From the sequence record PP496439.1: 64,000 nt of DNA. The stretch is one strand, 5' to 3'. The stretch's first letter is position 1; every line of letters starts with the position of its first letter. Below the pieces are notes generated by a model. That model was given only the letters and a program-made list of their open reading frames with translations. It was not told the DNA's origin and did not search any database. Made by a program: the position numbers and the translations under genes. Positions 19,194 to 28,386 of the stretch are shown here, piece after piece.

Positions 19194-19670
19194 ATGAAGA
19201 GTATGATTCGCCGCAAAGATGGGTTTTACACGGAGTTGTTAGCCGGTGCAAAAGACCCTGTTGCCCTGTCCAAGACTGCATTCAACCGTGGACTGACCCG
19301 GATCGTTGCATCTATTACGAGCAGTGTTAAGCTGCGGTACGTAGTAGATTCCGAAACCGGTGATGCGGAATACCGGGTACGAGTGAAGTTCCAGAAAAGC
19401 CAGATGACCCGCAAGGGTACTCCGGCTATCAAGGTGGGAAGGGTACTGGTTCCCGTTGATCTCGACAGCATTGCAGTGCATTGCACGTGTCAGGACTTTC
19501 GATTCACCTGGTACACCTATTTGAAGAACTCGGGGCACGCTGCCGGTTGGTTCAAGCAGGTGGAGTTGAAAGGGTCGGGCCGCACTCGGGAAGCTGACCA
19601 TGCAGGTTGCTGCAAACACGTCGCCGGTGTACTGGCAATGGTTGAGCAGAACGTTATCGTCAAGCTGTGA
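19194..19670 (+). CDS. SWIM zinc-finger protein (start corrected to MKSMIRR)
   Basis: VHCTCQDF ... CCKHV (CxC...CxH); AAGGA RBS. Confidence 0.75.
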   Translation: MKSMIRRKDGFYTELLAGAKDPVALSKTAFNRGLTRIVASITSSVKLRYVVDSETGDAEYRVRVKFQKSQMTRKGTPAIKVGRVLVPVDLDSIAVHCTCQDFRFTWYTYLKNSGHAAGWFKQVELKGSGRTREADHAGCCKHVAGVLAMVEQNVIVKL

Positions 19671-19705
19671 CCCAGATGCAGTGAGTGTTACATGATAGAG
19701 AAAAT

Positions 19706-19740
19706 AAAACCCCACCGGTTCGCGCCGTGTGGGGTTTTTT
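19706..19740. terminator. Bidirectional terminator between convergent genes
   Basis: AAAACCCCAC...GTGGGGTTTTTT. Confidence 0.85.
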
Positions 19741-19757
19741 GTGTCTTCGATTCAATC

Positions 19758-22544
19758 TTAGGCAAAGTCTTTCTGTGCCAGCACCAATGGTACGCCGACA
19801 GTATTCAGTGCTATCTGGGTGAACTCCTTCAATTCTGATCTGGTCAGCTTCCGGCTCAGCATCACCCCATCGTGCTCTTGTGCCACTACGATGTCTTTGT
19901 GTCGCATGTTGAACTCTATCATCACCGCTTGCTCCATACCGCAGGTGATGAAGTGCAGCAGCTTCGACTTCTCCTTTTGTGTCGTCCACCCATTCAGCAT
20001 CTTGTCCGTATAGAAGAAGGCCACTGACCCCAGCGCATTGCGAACGCTCACTGCGCTGGCGGTAGCATTGTCTGGATCAAGTCCAGCATCCTTGATTGAT
20101 CTGGACAGCGACTTGTACAGGAAGTAGTTCTGCTTGGCGATCAGGTCTCGATTGACCGGCAGCTTGACGTGTTCAGTTACCTTGTAGTCAGGGTGCGCAA
20201 GGATCATGCTGGGCAATGCCTGCATCGTCCTAATCACGGGGAAGATCAACCGGTTGGTGGTGTAGATCAAAGCGATTGCCAGTTCCATCATCTTAATCTT
20301 GAGGGCTTGCACGTGGCTCTCATTCAACTCCAGTTCAATCGGCGCAACCAGACCACGGATCAGTTTGTCTATGGTGTCGGGCACCACGGAAGATTTCAGG
20401 ATGGACTCATGCGATGTCTTGAGGCTGGACCCGTACATGACGGACAGGAACATCAGCTTGCAGACTCCATCGATAACCCGGATGAACTCCCTCTCCTTGC
20501 GCCACGTTTGACCCATCGTCTGCCCCGCGCTTTTCCATACCTGATGCAGCGCCAGTCGGTCATTCCATCTTGACTCACTTCCAGACCACTTCGGTGCGCC
20601 GTATACCCCAGCTCTCCATGGGTTCCGTACCATGACCAGCGCCGACTCCAGCAGTCCTTTGAATCCAGAATCCTCCATCTCAGTCAGCACATGATCCGTC
20701 CACGTCTTGGATTCGTACATTCCGAAGATGGTCAACGCACTATCCACGTCCCGGTCCGTGAGAAACACCTTCCCGTATTCGTCTATCGTCTGGACCAGTT
20801 CCTTGCGATACTTCTTGACCAGCCCACCGATCAGCATCGGGTGGCAAGACTTGACATCGTAGTTGACGTACCCACTCTTGGTGAGGATCACCTGCTTGAG
20901 TTGGTTGGGCAGTGAACCAAAGCCCACCGGGGAGTTTATCCGGGGCGAGCGCAAGGTGGTGAAGTGATGTGCACGGTGCATTACTATCTGGTTGTGGCGG
21001 TCGCTGCTTCCTTGCTGACACCCCAAGTTCTCCGGGTTGATCATGCGGGCCAGCGTACGGAAGGCGCCGGAGGATATGGCATCACCTGACGTGTGGTGCA
21101 TCCAGCTCAGCTCCGCAAGCAGGTCGTTGACGGGTAAGCGCACACTCTTGGTGGACAACATGCGTATGTATGCCTTCACATTGACCGGAACAACTGGCCG
21201 GGTGGACAGGTTTATGTTGTCGCTGATCTCCTTGTACGTCGGGTTGTTCACCACACAAGATTGCACCATGGAGACACGGCGTAACATCGTGCACGCCTTG
21301 ATCGGCACGTTCTTATCATGGAACATGTACAGCTTGCCCGGCTGGCCGGTCAGGTTATCGTTCGCCACCAGAGACTCACTGTAGGGCAGCTGAGAACTGA
21401 ATACCATGACAGCCTGCCCTCGTTCCGCGAACGCGTAGATCGCATTGGGCAGTACCCGGTTGCTACCCTTCAGATTGGTTAGCCAGCGGCCCAGCGGTTT
21501 AACGTCACGAGGCCGGCCCATCAAACGCCCATGCAGGTAGGCATCAACCTTATCCATGTACGAGTCAACGAACTGGGTGACCACAGGACCAGGTTCGAAC
21601 GTGAACGTCTTGTGCTTCCAGTAATCTGCTTCCGTGGTTACGGCCATCAGCCCCATGGTCTCCAGCACAGCGCGCACGGTATCCCAGTGATACGTCATCT
21701 GACCTTTCTTCGATCCTTCGATGTTCCGCCAGTTGATCAGATTGTTGAACCGTTTTTCACCTTGATGCGAGCCGAGCCCGTAGCCTTCCTTGACCTGATC
21801 CTTCTTGATCGCGAACTGGGTATCGTGGCTATGATCCAGATCAACGTGAAGGAACCGGGAAACAGACCGAGCGTGGTTCAGTTCCATGGGGAACGCCAGC
21901 TTGTTGGTCAGGTCCTTGGGGTTGAACGCAGGGTTCCATTGAAAGCCGTCCTTCGAGGTTCCCTTGTGTACGGCGGACACTAGATGCCGGGCCATTGAGT
22001 CGCGGGAGTCGAAGTGGCCTTTGTCGTTCACCTTATCCAGCAGCATGGGATATGCCACGACAAGGCGGGCGATCAGGAAGGCGAAGCAGTAGGCAGCAGA
22101 CGGACCGGGCGCACAGTTGCGCTCCGCCATCTTCTGGAGGAAGGTTTCGTATTGATCAAGGATGAAGTAGCCCAGACCGGGGGTGACCGCTACCGGCAGG
22201 CCGACGACGCGGCTGTCCAGCCAGCTTTTGCCGCTAGGGTACAGGTTATGCTTGGGGTTCAGCGAAGGTTCAACCACCATCATCCGCACATAGGGGACGT
22301 AGGACTGCACCCATTCAACGTTGGATTGATCTTTAGCTTCGGGGAAGTCACGGGTTACCTTTCCCACTTTGGCAATGAGATCAGTATTGAAGCGCCCTAC
22401 ATCCTTTACCTCAGGGGCCAGTGCGGGGTTTAGTCGAGCCGTAGCCTTGATGATGGGTATTTGGTCATACACGGGATACAAGTCTAGGGGCTTGGACAGT
22501 ATGCCTGCATATTCCTTTTCCGAGAGTGGGGTATAGTCAGCCAT
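19758..22544 (-). CDS. Divergent family-A/T7-RNAP-superfamily polymerase-like protein
   Basis: C-terminal motif A YDVKSCHP, motif B KLMFLSVMYG (K-x7-YG), motif C QEHDGVML; no recognisable exonuclease motifs. Confidence 0.65.
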   Translation of the reverse strand: MADYTPLSEKEYAGILSKPLDLYPVYDQIPIIKATARLNPALAPEVKDVGRFNTDLIAKVGKVTRDFPEAKDQSNVEWVQSYVPYVRMMVVEPSLNPKHNLYPSGKSWLDSRVVGLPVAVTPGLGYFILDQYETFLQKMAERNCAPGPSAAYCFAFLIARLVVAYPMLLDKVNDKGHFDSRDSMARHLVSAVHKGTSKDGFQWNPAFNPKDLTNKLAFPMELNHARSVSRFLHVDLDHSHDTQFAIKKDQVKEGYGLGSHQGEKRFNNLINWRNIEGSKKGQMTYHWDTVRAVLETMGLMAVTTEADYWKHKTFTFEPGPVVTQFVDSYMDKVDAYLHGRLMGRPRDVKPLGRWLTNLKGSNRVLPNAIYAFAERGQAVMVFSSQLPYSESLVANDNLTGQPGKLYMFHDKNVPIKACTMLRRVSMVQSCVVNNPTYKEISDNINLSTRPVVPVNVKAYIRMLSTKSVRLPVNDLLAELSWMHHTSGDAISSGAFRTLARMINPENLGCQQGSSDRHNQIVMHRAHHFTTLRSPRINSPVGFGSLPNQLKQVILTKSGYVNYDVKSCHPMLIGGLVKKYRKELVQTIDEYGKVFLTDRDVDSALTIFGMYESKTWTDHVLTEMEDSGFKGLLESALVMVRNPWRAGVYGAPKWSGSESRWNDRLALHQVWKSAGQTMGQTWRKEREFIRVIDGVCKLMFLSVMYGSSLKTSHESILKSSVVPDTIDKLIRGLVAPIELELNESHVQALKIKMMELAIALIYTTNRLIFPVIRTMQALPSMILAHPDYKVTEHVKLPVNRDLIAKQNYFLYKSLSRSIKDAGLDPDNATASAVSVRNALGSVAFFYTDKMLNGWTTQKEKSKLLHFITCGMEQAVMIEFNMRHKDIVVAQEHDGVMLSRKLTRSELKEFTQIALNTVGVPLVLAQKDFA

Positions 22545-23317
22545 TGGATAGCTCGCGTATTACCGGAGTGAATGGAATTGGACGTTATCAGCCCATTTAC
22601 CAGACTATATACAGAGTATCTTATGGGGGTTAAAAAGGACCATCTTGCAATTATTTGGGTCATTAATTCCCTTCCAGGCCATAAACCTCTATCTGTGGAT
22701 ACGGGGGTAGTTAGCCCTAGATACATCCCTATTACCTGTGTATATTGCCCATGTAGACTCTATTCCCCTATCGGGAAGTATAACCTCGAAAAAGGTTCCT
22801 AGCTTGCATGGGCTGGCCCACCCACCCCGTGGCCCACCCGACCGCCCGGTTAAGGCCATACCTAGGGATTCCTTTCTCCCAGAGGGACCCCCAGCTGCCC
22901 ATCCTTCCCCTGCTCCTTCCTTTCCTTCATCATCTACACCCACCCAGCTATTGACTTACCATCTAGTGATCCTCCTTCCTCCAGCTTCTACATAGGCAGT
23001 TAGCTTCCCCATGCCTCTAAGCTCCTCCGCTTCATCATGCACTTATGCTCTGTAGTACTGATTCCCCACATGCCCGTGACTTATGCTCTGGTGTCAGTAT
23101 TCCCAGCCTCCCAGGTGAAAAGGGTGTCCATGCGCTGGGGAGTTGTCCGGGGAATAGCGCCCGTGAATAGGGCTTCCAGGCGTGCGATATGGGGAGTTTT
23201 TCGGGGATGGATGAGTCAGTATGGCGGGGAATGGGGAATGAAGCGCCTGCGAGCTTGTAGGAGCCCATGGTTATTGACTGGATATGCGGGACTGGGGCGG
23301 GGTTTCCTGCGGAGGTG
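22545..23317. other. Long non-coding region with C-to-G skew switch and repeats; candidate replication origin
   Basis: No credible ORF; C/T-rich then G-rich halves; repeats ACTTATGCTCTG x2 and TGGGGAGTT(G/T)T(C/T)CGGGGA x2. Confidence 0.4.
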
Positions 23318-23351
23318 AAAAAGCCCGCACGGCTTGGGACCGATACGGGCT
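23318..23351 (-). terminator. Terminator
   Basis: AAAAAGCCCG...CGGGCT. Confidence 0.6.
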
Positions 23352-23357
23352 CTGGTA

Positions 23358-23882
23358 TTACTTGACGTACTCGGGATTCGGACGTTGCCTATCCACACCT
23401 GCCGTACAGAACCTGCGGGTGTCCGACTGATCCTCTGGTACGTCCGGCGTACCTTTCATCCTCATGCGATACATGCGGATCATCTCATGCAGTTCGCCAC
23501 CGGGCTTCAATGCGTCTGGGTCATCCGCGTGAATGAAGCCCAGCATGTCGATAGCGTCTATCTCAAAGCCCAGTTCCTCAGACGGTATCAGCTGGAACTC
23601 CTGATACACGCCGGGGATCGGAGCTTGCGGTCGGTACAGCGCCACCACTCTGCCTTTGCCCGGCTCGACGCCGAGTGCGCTTTCGTCCCGGCCCACCCAC
23701 ATCTCACGGGAGCCCGGCACACTAGCTGGCACGTATTCGATAGAACCTTCAGGGTAATGCGCGGAGAACGTGGCAACGAACCACCGCGAACTGCCCTTGT
23801 AGCAGCGGAACGGTTTGGTCTCTCTGGCGTGGCGGGTCAGTGGGTTGTTCAACGGTGTAGATTGTTCGACGATCAGTGACAT
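23358..23882 (-). CDS. Hypothetical protein
   Basis: AAGAGGA RBS; packed minus-strand run. Confidence 0.65.
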   Translation of the reverse strand: MSLIVEQSTPLNNPLTRHARETKPFRCYKGSSRWFVATFSAHYPEGSIEYVPASVPGSREMWVGRDESALGVEPGKGRVVALYRPQAPIPGVYQEFQLIPSEELGFEIDAIDMLGFIHADDPDALKPGGELHEMIRMYRMRMKGTPDVPEDQSDTRRFCTAGVDRQRPNPEYVK

Positions 23883-23916
23883 GATGTGTTCCTCTTCGGG
23901 GTAGTGGGTGCTGCGG

Positions 23917-24243
23917 TTAGTCGTTGAATTCTTTGGGATCGAAGCCGTGCCGTTCGCACCAATCTCGGCGCTCCACGCTCAAGTCGCGGCCCTGATCTTT
24001 TTGCAATGCGCCCCGGCGGACCCACTCGACCAGGTCCCCCATACGCTCCCAGCGCTGGAAGCCTTGGTAGAAGTCCTCCAGATCCGCAGTGTTGTCCTTG
24101 ATCAGTTGCGCGATGTGGACGGAAGGAGATGTCAGCGTCATCAGCTCGGCGTGGTCTTTCGCGAACTGGGCCAGCTTGTCGCCCACCCACTTGTCAGCTT
24201 TGATCTGCAATTCGGTTGGGCCAAGTTCTGCTTCGTCGATCAT
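23917..24243 (-). CDS. Hypothetical protein
   Basis: AAGAGGA RBS. Confidence 0.7.
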   Translation of the reverse strand: MIDEAELGPTELQIKADKWVGDKLAQFAKDHAELMTLTSPSVHIAQLIKDNTADLEDFYQGFQRWERMGDLVEWVRRGALQKDQGRDLSVERRDWCERHGFDPKEFND

Positions 24244-24255
24244 GGTGTGTTCCTC

Positions 24256-24792
24256 TTAGTATTTCTTGCTGGCTTGCCGCACGAACGTGAGCGGCTCGAA
24301 GGGTGGTCTCTCAAACCACGATACCGGATTTCCGCGCTGCAATCCCTGCGACCACCCGGCGTAGAAGTCTTCCTTCACCGAAGACTGGCGGCGGTTGGTG
24401 ATCTCAATGCGTCCGGTTGTCATCAAAGTCTTGATGTCCACGAAACCCGCACGCTCAACCTCGATGTCAACTTTGCTCCAGTGCTCTTTCGTCTTGGCGA
24501 AGTCGGACACGGCTTTCGGCTTGAACAGTTTCTTGTCGGTGAAGTACACAGCGGGGTTGTTGATCTTTCCCAGCTTCCTGTCGGCTTTGCGGGTTTGGTA
24601 CACGGCCTCTCTAACTACACTGCCGATATCTGCTGCACCAATACGTGCACCCAGACATTGCCATACGGTCGGGGAGAAACACACGCGCAGCGTCTCGGCG
24701 CATTCATCGTGATTCCTCCCGGATGGCACCTTGGCTTTCAGGGTGACGTGCTTGCCAATGTCTTTTTCAGACACGTGATAAAAGCGTGGCAT
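24256..24792 (-). CDS. Phage protein, possibly ADP-ribosyltransferase-like fold
   Basis: FYHVS ... KVP ... RVCFSPTVWQCL ... DFAKTKEHW pattern. Confidence 0.4.
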   Translation of the reverse strand: MPRFYHVSEKDIGKHVTLKAKVPSGRNHDECAETLRVCFSPTVWQCLGARIGAADIGSVVREAVYQTRKADRKLGKINNPAVYFTDKKLFKPKAVSDFAKTKEHWSKVDIEVERAGFVDIKTLMTTGRIEITNRRQSSVKEDFYAGWSQGLQRGNPVSWFERPPFEPLTFVRQASKKY

Positions 24793-24801
24793 GGGGACTC
24801 C

Positions 24802-25026
24802 TTACTCTTGGCGCAGTTTAGCGTTGAGTGTGGCGGTCCCTCTGCTGAGAATTTTCACTCGATCAACGTGGTCTAGACCTTGCTCCACCCGACTGAGTGA
24901 CTTGGGGTCTATGTCGATCAGGGTCGCTAACTGGCCGGAGCTTACGCCAGCCTTGATACGCAGCGCACGCAGTGCAGCACCATGGGCAATCTGACGCATG
25001 CGGGCTGGGGTTTGGATAGATGGCAT
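24802..25026 (-). CDS. XRE/Cro-C1 family helix-turn-helix protein
   Basis: LRALRIKAGVSSGQLATLIDIDPKSLSRVEQG. Confidence 0.85.
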   Translation of the reverse strand: MPSIQTPARMRQIAHGAALRALRIKAGVSSGQLATLIDIDPKSLSRVEQGLDHVDRVKILSRGTATLNAKLRQE

Positions 25027-25075
25027 ATTGCATTCCTCTCGGGATAGGGGTGCGCCGTCCGTGGCGCGTTGTCGC

Positions 25076-25237
25076 TTAGTTGATGGCCGGGAATTCGATC
25101 AGCAAATCCTTCACCTCTTGCACCGACAGCGGCAAGCCGGTGATGGGGTGAACTCTCTCGTCCCGGATTATGTCGCGCAGCCGCTGGCGCTGCTCACGGG
25201 GCGATTGGGCCTTACTGGGGGTTTTGCGTGACGGCAT
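25076..25237 (-). CDS. Small hypothetical protein, 53 aa (below track cutoff)
   Basis: Hand translation MPSRKTPSKAQSPREQRQRLRDII...FPAIN; lies downstream of the promoter at 25285-25314. Confidence 0.55.
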   Translation of the reverse strand: MPSRKTPSKAQSPREQRQRLRDIIRDERVHPITGLPLSVQEVKDLLIEFPAIN

Positions 25238-25284
25238 GGTGTGGCTTCCTATTGGACAGTGGGGCGGCAGTGTGCCGCACGTGC

Positions 25285-25314
25285 ATGATATCAGACGGGA
25301 ACTATGGGTGTCAA
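25285..25314 (-). promoter_or_regulatory. Sigma70-type promoter
   Basis: TTGACA-18 bp-TATCAT on the minus strand, just after a terminator. Confidence 0.6.
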
Positions 25315-25333
25315 CACCCGACCGCCGCAGGTG

Positions 25334-25368
25334 AAAAAGCCCACGCAGCGGTTAGGCAGGTGGGCTTT
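25334..25368 (-). terminator. Terminator
   Basis: AAAAAGCCCAC...GTGGGCTTT. Confidence 0.75.
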
Positions 25369-25370
25369 GG

Positions 25371-25661
25371 TCAAACTAATCTCAATACCGGCTTGGGTTT
25401 TTCACCTAAATCAACGGACGCGTGCAGTTCCAGATCAAGTGCGAGCCGTATCACGTCTGAGTAGGGTTCACGCGAATGCGCCCAAACGTCTGGCAGTGTC
25501 GTACGATAGATGTGGACAATCGTGTGAAGCTCTTCCTTGGCATAGACACCTGCCCGCATCAACTGAGTAACCCGTGCACGCACCTTGGGTGTGATCCACG
25601 TGATAAGATCCTCATACGTTCCGGTCCAGATCATCACCTGATGATTAACGCGCTTCGCCAC
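25371..25661 (-). CDS. Hypothetical protein
   Basis: GGAGG RBS; ends at the terminator. Confidence 0.6.
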   Translation of the reverse strand: MAKRVNHQVMIWTGTYEDLITWITPKVRARVTQLMRAGVYAKEELHTIVHIYRTTLPDVWAHSREPYSDVIRLALDLELHASVDLGEKPKPVLRLV

Positions 25662-25986
25662 TTGGCACCTCCTTGTCGGTCAGTACCCAGCCGATGCTCA
25701 GGACCAGACGTGGCCCATGGCAAAGAACTCGGTGTCGGTTGATGTCCGGTCGGAACAGGTTGAAGCGCCCCTTGATCTTGGCTTCGGGACATTGGAATGC
25801 GGACGTTGATCCCTTGAGCACGATGTTCAGACGCCAGTGCAGTTTACCTTCCACTGGATCAACGTGCCACGCGATGCCTTGCTTGTCCATGTACCGGATA
25901 AGATAGCAGTCACCTGAACGCCATTGGAACAGCAGCATCTTGCGGTATTGCCCGGCACGACCTTGAACCCACTTGGGCCAGTTCAT
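25645..25986 (-). CDS. Hypothetical protein
   Basis: ATGA-coupled to the upstream gene. Confidence 0.55.
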   Translation of the reverse strand: MNWPKWVQGRAGQYRKMLLFQWRSGDCYLIRYMDKQGIAWHVDPVEGKLHWRLNIVLKGSTSAFQCPEAKIKGRFNLFRPDINRHRVLCHGPRLVLSIGWVLTDKEVPSGEAR

Positions 25987-26339
25987 TCCGAAGACTCAGT
26001 ACATGACTGGGCGATTGCCTCTTCGCTTCGCGCATACTCATCTTCACCGCGTTCGAACGACTTGGCCGGACGAGGCTTGGGTAGGGACGTCCTCTTACCT
26101 TTGGACACACGATTCATGAAGGTGGAGTAACGAACAGTACCCCGTGGGTCCCAACCTGCGTCCTTGGCCTTTTTAGTTTCGGCACGGAACGCCTCCATTT
26201 CCTTTTCCGTGACCTCGACGAAGCCGTCGCGTTTGGCGTCGCGAATGTTCTTAAGATGATCCTCACCGTTCTCAGGGCCGGACAACATCTGAACTATGCG
26301 GGTCTTGGAGTTGACGAAATAAAGAATCTTGGCTGGCAT
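25983..26339 (-). CDS. Hypothetical protein (start corrected to MPAKILYF)
   Basis: TAATG coupling at 26337-26341. Confidence 0.6.
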   Translation of the reverse strand: MPAKILYFVNSKTRIVQMLSGPENGEDHLKNIRDAKRDGFVEVTEKEMEAFRAETKKAKDAGWDPRGTVRYSTFMNRVSKGKRTSLPKPRPAKSFERGEDEYARSEEAIAQSCTESSE

Positions 26340-26662
26340 TACTTGATGCCTCCGGATACTGATTCGATGGCAATTATCTCGGCACCGATGAGCAGGCTCT
26401 TCAGCCATTCCTCACCACGCTCGTCTCCGTCTTCTACCCGAGTGTCTCCCATCATAATGAATGGGCAGTCGTTGTGCACCTCGAGCCGGTCGTAGACTAT
26501 ACCCACGGCAGAATCGATGACATCCCAGCCAGTACAATTGCCGCCGATCTTCACTTCCATGACAGCGCGGAGCAACCCACATGCGAAGGTAAGCTGTACG
26601 GTCTGGAGGCAATTGCCCATAGTGTAGAACTTACCCATCTGTTCGTGATCATAGTTCAACAT
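26339..26662 (-). CDS. Hypothetical protein (start corrected to MLNYDHEQ)
   Basis: TAATG coupling at 26660-26664. Confidence 0.6.
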   Translation of the reverse strand: MLNYDHEQMGKFYTMGNCLQTVQLTFACGLLRAVMEVKIGGNCTGWDVIDSAVGIVYDRLEVHNDCPFIMMGDTRVEDGDERGEEWLKSLLIGAEIIAIESVSGGIK

Positions 26663-27486
26663 TAGTCTGTCCTCTTGATGTTGCCGGGTAGGGTGTAGGA
26701 CCACGGCTTGACATAATCTGCCGGGCGGGTGTAACCGATCAGGTCGGTACCTTCGTACGGGCCGTGCTTCCACGGGTCGGTAATCTCTGCGCGTTCGAAC
26801 CCGATGGACTCGTACAGCTTGATCGCACCTTCGTTGTCCGGATCCACGTTGAGATGGTGTGGCAGTCCTTGGGTCAGTTCCCAAGACAGCAGGAAGTCCA
26901 GCATGCCGGTGGCGACACCGCGACGGCGGTAGTCTGGATCAACACTGATCTCCTTGACGAAGCACGCGTCCACCTTCTCGCTGTCTTCGTCTTCCTTGAA
27001 CATCACAACGTCCATCAGCCCAACTACCTTGTTGTGCGCGGTAACTGACACCCTTATCTCTTCCTGATCCGGTATATCCCCGCTCCAGCCATTCCATCGA
27101 GCCATGGTCACCGTGTACAGATGGTGTTGCCCGTCGTGCTTGGGACTGTGCACCTGATGCAGTGCCCGTGCATTCTTCAACTCCATCTTGGCGCCGGGCT
27201 TGATGACCGGGAATTCCAGATGCTTAATTTCCTTTTCAAGCATGATACCAATCTCGGAGTCTTTCGCTTTCTTGTCTTTGATGGTGGCTCGGTACACTGT
27301 GTCTGTGTCCGTGTTGTAAACACCCACCTTATCCGTCATCACCGTAATAGACGGCACAGCGGACCAGATGTACTCTTTGCAATGAGCTTTATCTGGGAAT
27401 GCGAAGCCAACGGACTTTCCGTCTACAATGACCAGCCACGGGCAATGGCCGGGATGCGGAAACCGAAGGATCTTTTGTGTGGGCAT
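26662..27486 (-). CDS. GNAT acetyltransferase with an unknown N-terminal domain
   Basis: EISVDPDYRRRGVATGML (motif A) and LNVDPDNEGAIKLYESIGF (motif B). Confidence 0.85.
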   Translation of the reverse strand: MPTQKILRFPHPGHCPWLVIVDGKSVGFAFPDKAHCKEYIWSAVPSITVMTDKVGVYNTDTDTVYRATIKDKKAKDSEIGIMLEKEIKHLEFPVIKPGAKMELKNARALHQVHSPKHDGQHHLYTVTMARWNGWSGDIPDQEEIRVSVTAHNKVVGLMDVVMFKEDEDSEKVDACFVKEISVDPDYRRRGVATGMLDFLLSWELTQGLPHHLNVDPDNEGAIKLYESIGFERAEITDPWKHGPYEGTDLIGYTRPADYVKPWSYTLPGNIKRTD

Positions 27487-27491
27487 GACAC

Positions 27492-27824
27492 TTACCTCGA
27501 AGGGGCAGGGGATTTGATTGGTGTCACCAGCTTAAGACCGGGCGAACTGGCATTCAGACGTGGGACCGGGTTGATGGTCATCTTGGTCAACGGTGTCAAT
27601 CCCAGCACACGGACTACTTCTTCCGGCAGCTCGGCACGCGTCCACACAACTACGTCTGGAGACACAGTGGACATCACGTAGATGGGCAAGTCATTGATCG
27701 CCCGTGCTTCCACTCGGTGCACGGTCTTCAGCCGGTCCAGTGCTTCCTTGGTCAGAAAGGTGGTGAGTGACTCGACGCTACCCATCCAGGTCATGATGGG
27801 GATGTTGCGGCTAGCAGAATTCAT
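27492..27824 (-). CDS. Hypothetical protein
   Basis: ATGA coupling; packed run. Confidence 0.55.
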   Translation of the reverse strand: MNSASRNIPIMTWMGSVESLTTFLTKEALDRLKTVHRVEARAINDLPIYVMSTVSPDVVVWTRAELPEEVVRVLGLTPLTKMTINPVPRLNASSPGLKLVTPIKSPAPSR

Positions 27825-28030
27825 TGTTCAATCCCTTGATCGAGTGGAGTTTCAAGTCTGGCGATAACCGAGTTCAACCAGATGATGCGGTTGTTATAGC
27901 GCTGTTTCAGACGGCCTACCGGTGGATTATTCCCTTGCAGCACCCCGCACATTCTTTGCAGCTCAAGGCGAAGGGAAGCAATAGCCTGCTCGACGTGATT
28001 GCGGTCAGGATTAGAGTTCTCAGTGCTCAT
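27821..28030 (-). CDS. Hypothetical protein
   Basis: AAAGGA RBS. Confidence 0.55.
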   Translation of the reverse strand: MSTENSNPDRNHVEQAIASLRLELQRMCGVLQGNNPPVGRLKQRYNNRIIWLNSVIARLETPLDQGIEQ

Positions 28031-28044
28031 GTATCTTTCCTTTA

Positions 28045-28386
28045 TTACGGTTGGGTCAATGCAGATTCAAGTTTCTTGTAGCATGCTGCGACGATGCCTC
28101 TGGACATGCGGTCAGCCGCCCAAGAGTTTTGTAGCAGCAAGTGACTGTAGTGGAACAGATCACCTTGGAGCAACAAGTCGGACAGTTCCATCCGGTTAGC
28201 CAGATGAATAGAATAGTCCTCGTCTGCCAGATCTGCCACCTTCGGACCCCATGTGGCAATCACAGCATCGAGATTGGTTGGAACGACGGCCAGTGTCAGC
28301 ACCGTCTCTCCCTTCACAACACGCAGCCCCGCCAGCGTCTTGCTCACATACCGTTCAATGGTGATGCTCATATCAGATGTCCGCAA
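28045..28386 (-). CDS. Hypothetical protein
   Basis: Packed run. Confidence 0.55.
   Translation of the reverse strand: MRTSDMSITIERYVSKTLAGLRVVKGETVLTLAVVPTNLDAVIATWGPKVADLADEDYSIHLANRMELSDLLLQGDLFHYSHLLLQNSWAADRMSRGIVAACYKKLESALTQP

Noticed and set aside
22545-23317. CRISPR array or tRNA genes in the long gap, and the short ORFs the track calls there
   Set aside because: Only two-copy repeats with no repeat-spacer periodicity; no T-loop GTTCRA cloverleaf; ORFs are low-complexity and lack an RBS.
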